This document shows positions 9,249-18,517 of a DNA stretch of 64,000 nt, piece by piece. The stretch is from Myxococcota bacterium (GTDB lineage: Bacteria > Myxococcota_A > UBA9160 > UBA4427). Numbering within the stretch: position 1 is the first letter of the stretch; the number at the start of each line of letters is the position of its first letter. The notes beneath the pieces are model-generated. The model did not search any database. It was not told the DNA's origin and saw nothing but the letters and a program-made list of their open reading frames with translations. The stretch lies in NCBI GenBank assembly GCA_965250285.1, contig OZ252299.1:3840001-3904000 (forward strand), read 5' to 3'. The translations under genes and the position numbers were made by a program.

Positions 9249-10265
9249 TCAGGCCGTGCCGCGCAGCTTGGCCGCGACCTGCGCGAGCGACTGAATCGAG
9301 ATCGCGCCGACGTCTCGCGGCATGTCGCGTGAGCCCGGGACGATTCGCACGAATTCGACCCCAGCCGACCGGATCGCGTCGAAGCGCGCAACGGCCTCGT
9401 CGATCGGGCCGGCGATGCCGAAGCGGTGGATGAAGTCGGCATCGAGGGCCTGGGCATGCGCGCCCGCCGCGACGGCGTGGTTCGCCATGTCGTAGCCGGT
9501 GCGCAGGTGCGCCGCCGCCGGGCGCACGTGCTCGGGCAGCGAGTCGATGTCCATGCCAGAGAAGCCCGAGAAGTGCGCGAACACCGAGAGTCCGCCCCGG
9601 ATCGCTTCGCGGGCCACTTCGCGATCTTCGTTGACCACGCAGTTCACGTACGCGCCGAAGCGCAGCGCACCGGGATCGCGGCCCGCGGCTTCAGCGGTCT
9701 TGCGTGCACGGGCGATGCAATCGGCGAGGCGCTCGGTGTCGGCCCCGACTGCGAAGCAGATGCGATCGGCCCGGCGTGCGGCGATGTCGATGACCTTCGG
9801 CCCCGTCGCGGCGACTTCGATCGGCACGTGCGGCACGTCGCAGTCGTCGAGCCACTCGATGCGGCTCGAGCTGCCTGCGCGGTCGACGGCTTCGCCGTCC
9901 ATGTAAGCGCGTAGACGCTCGAGGTAGAGCTCGAACTCGGCCGGCGGTGCCGGTCGGCGGCCGATCTTCGCCATCGACGAGTCGCCGCGCCCGATCCCCA
10001 GGACGGCGCGCCCTGCGCTCGCCACCTGCAGCCCCAGGGCGGCCGATGCGGTGACGGCCGGGTCGCGACTCACGGGGTTCGTGACGCCGGTGCCGATCTG
10101 GATGCGTTCGGTCACGCCCGCCACGAGCATCAGCTGGCTCCAGACCTCGGGCGTGAGACACTGCGTGTCGGCGAACACGAAGCTGTCGAAGCCGAGCTGC
10201 TCGACCATGCGGCCCATGTCGGCGGATCCGCCCGGGCTCGGAAACATCAGCAGGCCCATCTCCAT
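9249..10265 (-). CDS. LLM-class flavin/F420-dependent oxidoreductase (Mer-like)
   Basis: GFDSFVFADTQ, IGTGVTNP, LGIGRGDS, AATGPK. Confidence 0.9.
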   Translation of the reverse strand: MEMGLLMFPSPGGSADMGRMVEQLGFDSFVFADTQCLTPEVWSQLMLVAGVTERIQIGTGVTNPVSRDPAVTASAALGLQVASAGRAVLGIGRGDSSMAKIGRRPAPPAEFELYLERLRAYMDGEAVDRAGSSSRIEWLDDCDVPHVPIEVAATGPKVIDIAARRADRICFAVGADTERLADCIARARKTAEAAGRDPGALRFGAYVNCVVNEDREVAREAIRGGLSVFAHFSGFSGMDIDSLPEHVRPAAAHLRTGYDMANHAVAAGAHAQALDADFIHRFGIAGPIDEAVARFDAIRSAGVEFVRIVPGSRDMPRDVGAISIQSLAQVAAKLRGTA

Positions 10266-10544
10266 GCGTTCTTCTCCTCTCGGCTCGATTGGCGGGCCGG
10301 GCTCGTTCGCCCCACGATCGTGTGTCGGCGCCCGACGTGAATCCGCGCGGCGACCAACTTAGCTCGGCGACCTGCGGCGGGATCGGTTCGGGGCATGCCG
10401 CTCGGTCCAAGTGTGCCCAGGAACCCGTGCGGTGTCGTCCCCCCAATCGACCCGCGCGGGTGAGGACGGCTTCAGAACGGCTCGGCGTCTGCCGATTCGT
10501 CTCGCGACGGGCGAATCGTCGTCCGCGTCCAACCGGGATTCGCC

Positions 10545-11342
10545 ATGGAAGCCATCGCCGGCGTCGTGATCCTCGCTCAGTTCGTGCTTGCCGCCGTCGT
10601 TGGCGTTCGGCTCCTGCGTCTGCCGACGACTGAATCGATGGCCCCCGAGCGGTTGCTCGGCCTCTTCTTCGTGGTCGGGCAGTTCGCCGGGGGCGCCCTC
10701 GTCACGGCTGCCTACGCGGGCTGGCAAGCGCACGGGAGCGGTACATCGCCAACGTGGGTCGTGCAGACACACGCGGTGGGTCAGCTGCTGATGGGCGTCG
10801 GCTACAGCTGCCTCATCGCGTTCACCTGGCGCACGTTCTCGCGCGACCAGGCCTGGGCGATGGGGCTCTGCGGGCTCGGCGTGGCGGCGATGTGTGCGAG
10901 CTATGCCGGGCGCGTCACAGTCGAGGGCTTCGCGATCAGCGTCGACCCGGGCTTCCACCACTGGCTCGCGTACGGCGTCCGGATGGCCGCGCTCGTCTGG
11001 ATGGGCACCGCGGCGGTGTTCTACTGGCTGCAGATGCGTCGGCGCATGAAGCTCGGCCTCGCCGATCCGCTGGTGACCAATCGACTCGCGCTCTGGGCGA
11101 TCTTCGCCTTCATGCAGGGAATGACCGCGCTCTCCGAGCCGATGGCCCGTCTCGCCTACGGGCTGATCGCGGGCGACACGGCCGGGTCGGCCGATGGCGT
11201 GCAGAACGTGGCGGGGAGCGTGATCCACCTGGCCCTGCTCTTCTCATCGTTCTGGGGCTCGGGCAGCGTCGCCGTGCTGTTCCTCACGTTCTTTCCGACC
11301 GAGTCCTACGCGCGTTGGGTGCGCCAGAGCGGTTCCGACTGA
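10545..11342 (+). CDS. Hypothetical polytopic (~7 TM) membrane protein
   Basis: About seven hydrophobic segments; no recognised family motif. Confidence 0.75.
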   Translation: MEAIAGVVILAQFVLAAVVGVRLLRLPTTESMAPERLLGLFFVVGQFAGGALVTAAYAGWQAHGSGTSPTWVVQTHAVGQLLMGVGYSCLIAFTWRTFSRDQAWAMGLCGLGVAAMCASYAGRVTVEGFAISVDPGFHHWLAYGVRMAALVWMGTAAVFYWLQMRRRMKLGLADPLVTNRLALWAIFAFMQGMTALSEPMARLAYGLIAGDTAGSADGVQNVAGSVIHLALLFSSFWGSGSVAVLFLTFFPTESYARWVRQSGSD

Positions 11343-11441
11343 TCCCATCGATTTCGAACCGAAGCGCGCGTCGCTTCGAGTAGCATGACGAGGCAACCGG
11401 GTGCCGGCCTTCTGGGCCGAGCCCGCAGGAGAGACCTCGCC

Positions 11442-12698
11442 ATGTCGATCACGGACGGCTCCGCCCTCGTTCTCTCGCATGCCTACGCCCGTGAGGGTGT
11501 CCCCCATGATCTATGGACGCGGCTGCGCGCCGAGTCGCCCGTGCACCTCTGCACGCCGCCGGGCTTCGAGCCCTTCTGGGCGATCACGAAGCACGCCGAT
11601 ATCTGCGAGATCTCGAAGCAACCCGACATCTTCTCGTCGGCGAGTGGCATTGCGATGATCGCCCAGGATCAAGAAGAGGTCGTGCGGCAGCAGAACCTGG
11701 GCGGATCGATGCGCGTCATCATCGAGATGGACCCGCCCGAGCACCGCGCGTATCGGAGCATCTCGAGCGCCGTGTTCACGCCGCGCGCCGTCAAGGCGCT
11801 CGACGACGCGATCGTCAAGAGCGCGCGCGAAGTCGTCGATCGGCTCGCCGGACCCACCGGCGAAGGGGAATGTGACTTCGCAAACGACGTCGCGGCGGCG
11901 CATCCGCTGCGCATCCTGTCGACGATGCTCGGCGTGCCGCGAGAGAGCGAACCCGACATCCTGCGCCTCACCAACCAGCTCTTCGCGAGCGATGATCCCG
12001 ACCTGCAGCGCGAAGGCGACGATCGACGCCAGGCGCTGATGGATCTCGGTCTCGACCTGTATCGACTCTTCGACGGGATCATCCAGGATCGCCGCGCGCA
12101 TCCGCGCGACGACCTCGCGAGCCTGCTCGCCAACGCGCAGATCGACGGCGCGCCGATGGGGCCAATGGAGACGCTCGGCTACTTCCTGATCACGTTCACC
12201 GCGGGCCACGACACGACGAAGAACGCTCTGGTCGGCGGCATGCGCGCGTTTCTCGAGCACCCCAACCAGCTCGATCGCCTGCGGCAACACCCCGAGCTGC
12301 TCGACACGGCCGTCGAGGAGGTCGTGCGCTGGACGTCGCCGGTCAACCACATGAAGCGCAAGCTGAACCGAGACTACGAGCTGCGGGGCCAGAAGCTGCG
12401 CGAGGGCGACTGGGTCGTGATGTTCTACGCGTCAGCCAACCGCGACGAAGAGGTGTTCGACGGGCCCTTCGAGTTTCGCATCGACCGCAAGCCGAACCCG
12501 CACCTCGCCTTCGGGATCGGCGAGCACTTCTGTCTCGGCGCGAATCTCGCGCGCCGATCCCAGCGCGCGCTCTGGGCCGAGCTCTCTCAGCGTCTCGAGT
12601 GGGCCGAGCTGGCGGGCGAGCCCGAGCAGATCCACTCCGCGTTCGTCGTCGGGTTGAAGAAGCTGCCGATGCGCTACCGCATTCGAGCGGCCGCCTGA
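11442..12698 (+). CDS. Cytochrome P450 (CYP108-like)
   Basis: MDPPEH, TAGHDTT I-helix, EEVVR, AFGIGEHFCLG heme motif; AGGAG RBS before ATG 11442. Confidence 0.95.
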   Translation: MSITDGSALVLSHAYAREGVPHDLWTRLRAESPVHLCTPPGFEPFWAITKHADICEISKQPDIFSSASGIAMIAQDQEEVVRQQNLGGSMRVIIEMDPPEHRAYRSISSAVFTPRAVKALDDAIVKSAREVVDRLAGPTGEGECDFANDVAAAHPLRILSTMLGVPRESEPDILRLTNQLFASDDPDLQREGDDRRQALMDLGLDLYRLFDGIIQDRRAHPRDDLASLLANAQIDGAPMGPMETLGYFLITFTAGHDTTKNALVGGMRAFLEHPNQLDRLRQHPELLDTAVEEVVRWTSPVNHMKRKLNRDYELRGQKLREGDWVVMFYASANRDEEVFDGPFEFRIDRKPNPHLAFGIGEHFCLGANLARRSQRALWAELSQRLEWAELAGEPEQIHSAFVVGLKKLPMRYRIRAAA

Positions 12699-12714
12699 TC
12701 TGTTCGCCGCGGGC

Positions 12715-13479
12715 TCAGTGCCCCTCGACGCGATGAACCCAGGACCAGACGAGGCCGGGCATCCAGCGGCGCATCACCTGCGCGATCTTCGTCTGCGTGT
12801 TCGGAAAGCAGAACGGCTTGCCCTTGTCGAGATCGCGCTCGACGGCGTCGAGCACGGCCGCCGGCGTGATCGGCTTGCCCATCTCGAGCACCTTCGGCTT
12901 CGACGTCGCCTGGGCGAGCAGAGGCGTATCGACCGGGGGCGGACATACGGCGATGATGCGCACACCCTTGCCGAGGTTCTCGTGGTAGAGCACTTCGCTG
13001 AAGGCCACGACCGCAAACTTCGCTGCGTTGTACGCGCCGAAGTGCATGGTCGGGCCCCAGCCCGCGATCGAAGCGAAGTTGATCAGGTCGCCCCGGCCGC
13101 GCTCGAGCATGCCAGGCAGGATCGCCTTTGCAACGTGGACGACGCCGTTGTAGTCGACCTCCATGATGCGCAGGATCGTCTCCGTATCCTGCTCCATCAG
13201 CAGGCCAGTCGGCATGATCGCCGCCGCGTTGTACACGCGGTCGATCGGCCCGAGCCGGTCCTCGACGGTCTTCACGGTATCGAGCACCGCCTGACCGTCG
13301 GTGACATCGAGACGCCACGTCTCGATCGACTCATGGCCGCGCGCCGTCTCGGCGAGCCCGGCCTCGTCGACGTCGACGGCGGCAACCCGCGCACCGGCCT
13401 CGGCCATGCGTTGCGCGGCGAGGCGCCCCATGCCGCTCCCGCCTCCCGTGACGAATACCACCTGACCCTGAAACGACAT
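12715..13479 (-). CDS. SDR family oxidoreductase
   Basis: TGGGSGMG, YNAAK catalytic motif. Confidence 0.93.
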   Translation of the reverse strand: MSFQGQVVFVTGGGSGMGRLAAQRMAEAGARVAAVDVDEAGLAETARGHESIETWRLDVTDGQAVLDTVKTVEDRLGPIDRVYNAAAIMPTGLLMEQDTETILRIMEVDYNGVVHVAKAILPGMLERGRGDLINFASIAGWGPTMHFGAYNAAKFAVVAFSEVLYHENLGKGVRIIAVCPPPVDTPLLAQATSKPKVLEMGKPITPAAVLDAVERDLDKGKPFCFPNTQTKIAQVMRRWMPGLVWSWVHRVEGH

Positions 13480-13517
13480 CGATCTTCCTCCTGCTGTCGC
13501 TCGCTCACGCGAACGCG

Positions 13518-14300
13518 CTAGCGGGCACCCTGGCCATCATCGACCGTGATGACGGTGCCCGTGACGCACTCCGACGATGGCGACACGAGATAGAGTAGCG
13601 TCCCATCGAGCTGCTCGGGCTGCCCGATGCGCTTGCGCGGAAAGCCGCGGGTGATGTCACCGACCCGCTCGATCATCCCGTCCATCATCTCCGAAGAGAA
13701 GGCGCCCGGGGCGATCCCGTTGACGTTGATGTGATTGCGGGCCCACTCGACGGCGAGTACCTCGGTCATGCGGGCAATGCCCGCTTTCGTAACCGAGTAC
13801 AGCGCGGCCCCGCCCCCGGCATAGTGGAAGGCGCCGACCGAGCTGATGTTCACGATGCGTCCGGGCTGCTCGAGCTCGATCAGTCGACGCGCCACTTCAC
13901 ACGCGAGGATGTAGGGGCCGCGCAGGTTCGTGTCGATGACCGCGTCGATCAGCTCGAGCGACATCTTGTGGGCGCGCTGGGCATCGGGGATGCCTGCGTT
14001 GTTGATCAAGATCGAGACCGGGGCGCCGAGCGCCGCCTCGGCCGCTGAAGGGGCGGCTTTCGCTGCCTCGGCGTCGCACATGTCGAGGGGCAACTCGTAG
14101 GCCTGGCCCCCCGACTGCTTGATCTCGGCAGCCACCTCGGCGAGGCGATCGAGACGGCGGCCCGCGAGCGCGACCTGCGCGCCGCACCCCGCGAGCACCT
14201 GCGCGAAGCGGCGACCGAGGCCCGAGGTGGCTCCGGTGACGAGGGCGACCTGTCCGGACAGATCGGTGGACGTGACGTTCGGGGGCGGAGGGGTCGTCAT
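13518..14300 (-). CDS. SDR family oxidoreductase
   Basis: TGATSGLG, NNAG, YSVTK. Confidence 0.93.
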   Translation of the reverse strand: MTTPPPPNVTSTDLSGQVALVTGATSGLGRRFAQVLAGCGAQVALAGRRLDRLAEVAAEIKQSGGQAYELPLDMCDAEAAKAAPSAAEAALGAPVSILINNAGIPDAQRAHKMSLELIDAVIDTNLRGPYILACEVARRLIELEQPGRIVNISSVGAFHYAGGGAALYSVTKAGIARMTEVLAVEWARNHINVNGIAPGAFSSEMMDGMIERVGDITRGFPRKRIGQPEQLDGTLLYLVSPSSECVTGTVITVDDGQGAR

Positions 14301-15487
14301 GCCGGGCGCAGCTCGTTCAGCTCGGCCGAGTTGCGGTAGAGGATCTTCTCCTGATCCGCGAGCGACAGCCCATCGAGCTCGTGCTCATCGAGGATGTCGC
14401 GGGGCCGCTCGAGTCCCTCCATGTGGGGCCAGTCGGAGCCGTAGATGACCCGGTCGACGCCCATGTGCTCGACGACGTCGGTGATCTTGTCTTCCCAGAA
14501 CGGATTGATCCAGACGTTGCGTCGAAACAGCTCACTCGGATCTTCACCGTAGTACCAGGGCATGCGCTCCTTCGAGTTTTCGAGCTTGACGAAGAGGTCG
14601 CGCAGGAACCCCGACCCGTTCTCGACCGAGCAGATGCGCAGATTCGGGAAGCGCTCGAACATCTTGTCGAACGCGAACGTCAGCAGGAAGTCGTAGATGG
14701 CGCGCTCGGGGATCAGCCCCGCGACGGTGGGCTTCTTGCCGCCGCCGAGCGCATCGAGCGCCGCGTTGCCGCCATAGCCGTTCGCCGTGTAGGCCGTGCT
14801 GCCCACATGCGCGACCACCGAGACCCCCGCTTCGTTGACGCGCGCCCAGAATGGATCGAAGCGCTCGTCGCAGTGCGAGAACCAGCCGTCTCGGGTGCAG
14901 ATCGGCGACGGACGCATCACGACCACGCGCGCGTCGTGCTCAAGGGCCCACTCGAGTTCGCTACACGCCCAGTCGACATCGGCCAGTGTGATGTAGGGTG
15001 CGGCGAAGAGCTTGCCCTTGTAGTTGAGGCCCCAGTCCTCTTCGAGCCAGCGGTTGAAGCCCTGGGTCAGCACACAGAGCGCCTTGATGTCGTGGCTCAT
15101 GGCCTGCTCGTAGAGCACGCCCGCCGTCGGGAAGAGCCAGGCGCCAGCGAGGCCCTGCTCTTCGACCTTCGCGACCCGTGCGTCGCGATCCATGTACTCG
15201 GGCGGCAGGGGCTCGAGCGCCGAACGAATGAGGTCGCTGAACGTCTTGCCCTCGGGGTTGCCCTTGTAGTACTCGCGCAGCACCCCGGGCTTCGAGATCG
15301 GGTTGAACGTCGGGTTGCCCACGGCGTGGTTGAGCTTGCCTGCGACCAGGTGCCGACGCTTGCCGTTCATGTCGACCCACTGCACGCAGCGACTCCACAT
15401 TCTGCGCGGCACGTGGCGCATGAATGCGTCCTCGGCCTCGTAGTAGTGGTTGTCGCAGTCGAAGATCGGACCGTCGTATCGTTCCAT
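14297..15487 (-). CDS. Amidohydrolase family protein (amidohydro_2)
   Basis: DCDNHYYE metal motif, GSDWPH. Confidence 0.9.
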   Translation of the reverse strand: MERYDGPIFDCDNHYYEAEDAFMRHVPRRMWSRCVQWVDMNGKRRHLVAGKLNHAVGNPTFNPISKPGVLREYYKGNPEGKTFSDLIRSALEPLPPEYMDRDARVAKVEEQGLAGAWLFPTAGVLYEQAMSHDIKALCVLTQGFNRWLEEDWGLNYKGKLFAAPYITLADVDWACSELEWALEHDARVVVMRPSPICTRDGWFSHCDERFDPFWARVNEAGVSVVAHVGSTAYTANGYGGNAALDALGGGKKPTVAGLIPERAIYDFLLTFAFDKMFERFPNLRICSVENGSGFLRDLFVKLENSKERMPWYYGEDPSELFRRNVWINPFWEDKITDVVEHMGVDRVIYGSDWPHMEGLERPRDILDEHELDGLSLADQEKILYRNSAELNELRPA

Positions 15488-15514
15488 GGGGTACTCCTAC
15501 GCACGAGACGCCGA

Positions 15515-16345
15515 CTAGCGCCCCTTGAACTCGGGCTTGCGCTTCTCGCGAAACGCGCGGATGCCCTCGCGGACGTCTTCCGACCGCCCGATGATCGTCT
15601 GATTTCGCGCCTCGAGATCGAGCAGACTCTCGAACGACAGGTGGTCGCTCTGGTACACCGCCTCCTTGGCCTTCCCGTACGCTCGGGTCGGGCCGTGGGC
15701 CAGGCGGTCGGCCCATTCAGCCGTCGCGCTCGCGAGCGCATCGGCGGCGACGACCTCGTTCACCAGCCCGAGGCGCAGGGCCTCGTCGGCCGCGATCAGC
15801 TGGCCGGTGAACAGCAGCTCGAGGGCCTTGGCGGGCCCGACCAGCTCGCGCAGCATCGCCGACGCACCGCCGTCCGGCCCGAGGCCGATCTTCGAGAAGA
15901 CGACACCCATCCGAGCCGCGTCGGACGCAACGCGCAAATCGGCTGCCAGCGCGAGGCTGCAGCCGATGCCGACCGCGTCCCCGTTGAGGCTCGCGATCAC
16001 CGGCTTCGGCAGCCGTCGCAGCGCGAGGATGCAGCGATTGCCGCGGTCGAGGATGTCGCCGCCCGCATCACCGGGGAAGGCGGCGCGCTCGGTGCGGCGG
16101 CGCTCCTCCTTCGAGACCGGCATCAGATCGGCCCCGGCCGAGAAGCCGCGCCCAGTGCCGGTCAACACGACCACGCGGACGGCATCGTCGGCCTCGATCT
16201 CGAGCAGCATGCGCTCCATGTCGAGGAAGAGGCCCGTCGTGAGCGCATTGCGTGCTTTCAGCCGATTAAGCGTCAGCGTCGCCACCCCACCCGTGAGGTC
16301 GAAGAGCAGCGGGGTCTCCTGATTCGCATCGGCGTTCTCGGTCAT
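15515..16345 (-). CDS. Enoyl-CoA hydratase/isomerase (PaaG-like)
   Basis: FSAGADL, KPVIASLNG, GLGPDGG, EGIRAFREKRKP. Confidence 0.92.
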   Translation of the reverse strand: MTENADANQETPLLFDLTGGVATLTLNRLKARNALTTGLFLDMERMLLEIEADDAVRVVVLTGTGRGFSAGADLMPVSKEERRRTERAAFPGDAGGDILDRGNRCILALRRLPKPVIASLNGDAVGIGCSLALAADLRVASDAARMGVVFSKIGLGPDGGASAMLRELVGPAKALELLFTGQLIAADEALRLGLVNEVVAADALASATAEWADRLAHGPTRAYGKAKEAVYQSDHLSFESLLDLEARNQTIIGRSEDVREGIRAFREKRKPEFKGR

Positions 16346-16361
16346 TCGATCTCTCCCCCGC

Positions 16362-17636
16362 TCAGGCCAGATTCACCGGCATGCGCTTGATCGCGCTGAT
16401 GAAGTTCGACTGGAGCCGCTCGGGGGGTCCAGCCAGGCTCACGTCAGGATACCGGCGAAAGAACTCTTCCAGGGTCACGCGCATCTCGAGGCGAGCGATG
16501 TGGCTGCCCATGCAGAAGTGCGTCCCGACCCCGAAGGCGAGATGGGGATTCGGCTTGCGCGTGATGTCGAACGACTCGGGTGCATCGAAGACCTCGGGGT
16601 CTCGATTCGCAGCGCCGTAGTACATCACGACCTTGTCGCCGCGCGCGATCGACTGCTCGCCGATGCGCGTGTCGCGTGTCGCCGTCCGCCGAAACTGCAT
16701 GACCGGCGAGACCCAGCGCAGCATCTCCTCGATCGCTCCGGGCAGCAGCGATGGGTCGCGACGCAGGCGGTCGAACTGCTCGGGATGCTCGCACAGCGCC
16801 TGCAATCCACCGGAGAGCGCGTTCCGGGTCGTTTCGTTGCCCGCAATGATGAGCAGAAAGAAATTGACCTGGGTCATCATGCGCGAGAGCGGCGCACCGT
16901 GATACGTGCCGTTCACCATGCTCGAAAAGACGTCTTCTGCCGGACGCCGACGGCGCTCGCGGGCGAGCAGCGCCGACTGAACGAAGATCTGCAGCAGCGC
17001 GAAGCGCGCCCGGAGCAGATTGAATCGGCCCGGCTCGCCGAACGACATGATCTGGTTCGTCCAGCGGTAGAAACGGGCGGTGTAGTCGTCGGGCACACCG
17101 AGAGAGTTCGTCAGGACACGCAACGAGATCGGCGCCGAGACGTCGTCGACGAAGTCGCACTCGCCGCGGTCGCCGATCCGGTCGAGGGTCTCGACGACGA
17201 CGCGACGCATATGCGCTTCGGTCAGAGCCACGGCCCGCGGCTTGAATGGCGCGTTCATCAGGTTGCGGAGCTCGGCGTGATCGGGCGGATCCATCTGGAT
17301 CAACTGTTCGCGTGCCAGCCTTCGTTCGCTGGGTCGCACCTCGTTGAGGGCCGACGTCCCGAGCGCCGACGAGAACAGATCGGGGTGCTTCGACACGAAA
17401 GCGACGTCTTCGTAGCGGGTGAGCGCCCAGTAGCCCGGCCCCGGCAGAAAGACCGGGATCTCGCACTCTCTCTGCCAGTGCACGGGCGCCTGCTCGCGCA
17501 GCACGCGGAAGTACGCGTGCGGCACCCCGTCGGCGAAGGTCTTCGGATCGGAGAGGTCGACGTCGCCGGGCCGAAGCGAGGCCTGTACAGGCATCGAGGC
17601 GCCAAAGTCGAGCCGGGTCGGTTGGGTTGCAGTCAT
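16362..17636 (-). CDS. Cytochrome P450 (CYP125/CYP124-like)
   Basis: MDPPDH, AGNETTRN, EEMLR, AFGVGTHFCMG; GGAGG RBS before ATG 17636. Confidence 0.93.
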   Translation of the reverse strand: MTATQPTRLDFGASMPVQASLRPGDVDLSDPKTFADGVPHAYFRVLREQAPVHWQRECEIPVFLPGPGYWALTRYEDVAFVSKHPDLFSSALGTSALNEVRPSERRLAREQLIQMDPPDHAELRNLMNAPFKPRAVALTEAHMRRVVVETLDRIGDRGECDFVDDVSAPISLRVLTNSLGVPDDYTARFYRWTNQIMSFGEPGRFNLLRARFALLQIFVQSALLARERRRRPAEDVFSSMVNGTYHGAPLSRMMTQVNFFLLIIAGNETTRNALSGGLQALCEHPEQFDRLRRDPSLLPGAIEEMLRWVSPVMQFRRTATRDTRIGEQSIARGDKVVMYYGAANRDPEVFDAPESFDITRKPNPHLAFGVGTHFCMGSHIARLEMRVTLEEFFRRYPDVSLAGPPERLQSNFISAIKRMPVNLA

Positions 17637-17665
17637 CGGGCACCTCCCGTCAGCGAGCCCACCGC

Positions 17666-18400
17666 TCAGCGATCCGACGCGATCCACGCGACGGGTCGCT
17701 TGAACTCGTCGGGCGCCATCCGCTCGGCGGCGCGGGCGGCCGCCTGCATCGAGTCGGTCATGAGCCGGCGCGCCGCCTCGGCGTCGCCCGCCTCGATCGC
17801 GGCGATGACGCGCTCGTAGCTGCGCAGCGCCGAGCGCCGCTGCCGCTCGTCCCAGTCGGCGCTCTTCTCGCCCGACATGCGATGCAGCGCCTCGACGAGG
17901 ATCGCCAGCACACGGTTGCCCGACGCCGTCGCCGTCAGGCTCATGAAGCGCCGCGCCTCCTCGCGAAACAGATCGGGGTCGTGCTCACCCTCATGCAGAC
18001 GCGCGACGCACTCGTGCAGCGCTGCTATGTCGGCCGGGCCGGCGTTCTGCGCCGCCTCGGCCGCGAGCACTGGATAGATCGAGCAGCGCGCCTCGACCAC
18101 CGACCGATACGAAGCATCGGCGAACTGCAGATGGAGGGAGAGCACGCTCGCGAGGTGATCGGCGCCGGGCGCGCTCACGACCGGGCCGCCTCCGGGCCCG
18201 GCCTTGATGCGCAGCGCGCCCTGCAGCTCGAGAAAACGCAGCGCCTCACGCACGGTCGCCCGCGACACGCCGAGCTCTTCGACCATCCGATGCTCGGCCT
18301 CGAGCTGTGTGCCCGGGCGCAGGCGCCGGCGACGAATCTCGCTCACGAGCCGGCGCGCGATGCGGACCGCTGCGCGCTCGGGGCGTCTCTTGCGGTTCAT
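17666..18400 (-). CDS. GntR/FadR family transcriptional regulator (FCD domain)
   Basis: LGVSRATVREALRFLE, GPGGG wing, ASGNRVL. Confidence 0.92.
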   Translation of the reverse strand: MNRKRRPERAAVRIARRLVSEIRRRRLRPGTQLEAEHRMVEELGVSRATVREALRFLELQGALRIKAGPGGGPVVSAPGADHLASVLSLHLQFADASYRSVVEARCSIYPVLAAEAAQNAGPADIAALHECVARLHEGEHDPDLFREEARRFMSLTATASGNRVLAILVEALHRMSGEKSADWDERQRRSALRSYERVIAAIEAGDAEAARRLMTDSMQAAARAAERMAPDEFKRPVAWIASDR

Positions 18401-18465
18401 GGGCGACGCGCCTCCGGATCGTCGATTGCGGACCTCCCGGGCCTCGCGACGTTGACGACGGAATA

Positions 18466-18479
18466 ACTAGTATCATAGT
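18466..18479. promoter_or_regulatory. Putative GntR/FadR operator ACTAGTATCATAGT
   Basis: AT-rich imperfect palindrome in the divergent gap; 12-mer TAGTATCATAGT recurs at 25894-25905; TTGACG at 18452. Confidence 0.7.
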
Positions 18480-18517
18480 ATTGATCGGGACGCGACAGCG
18501 AACCCCCTGGAGGCCCC

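Noticed and set aside
10266..10544. Structured ncRNA or riboswitch in the larger intergenic gaps (also 58090-58387)
   Set aside because: No recognisable conserved motif by eye; an Rfam/Infernal search would be needed
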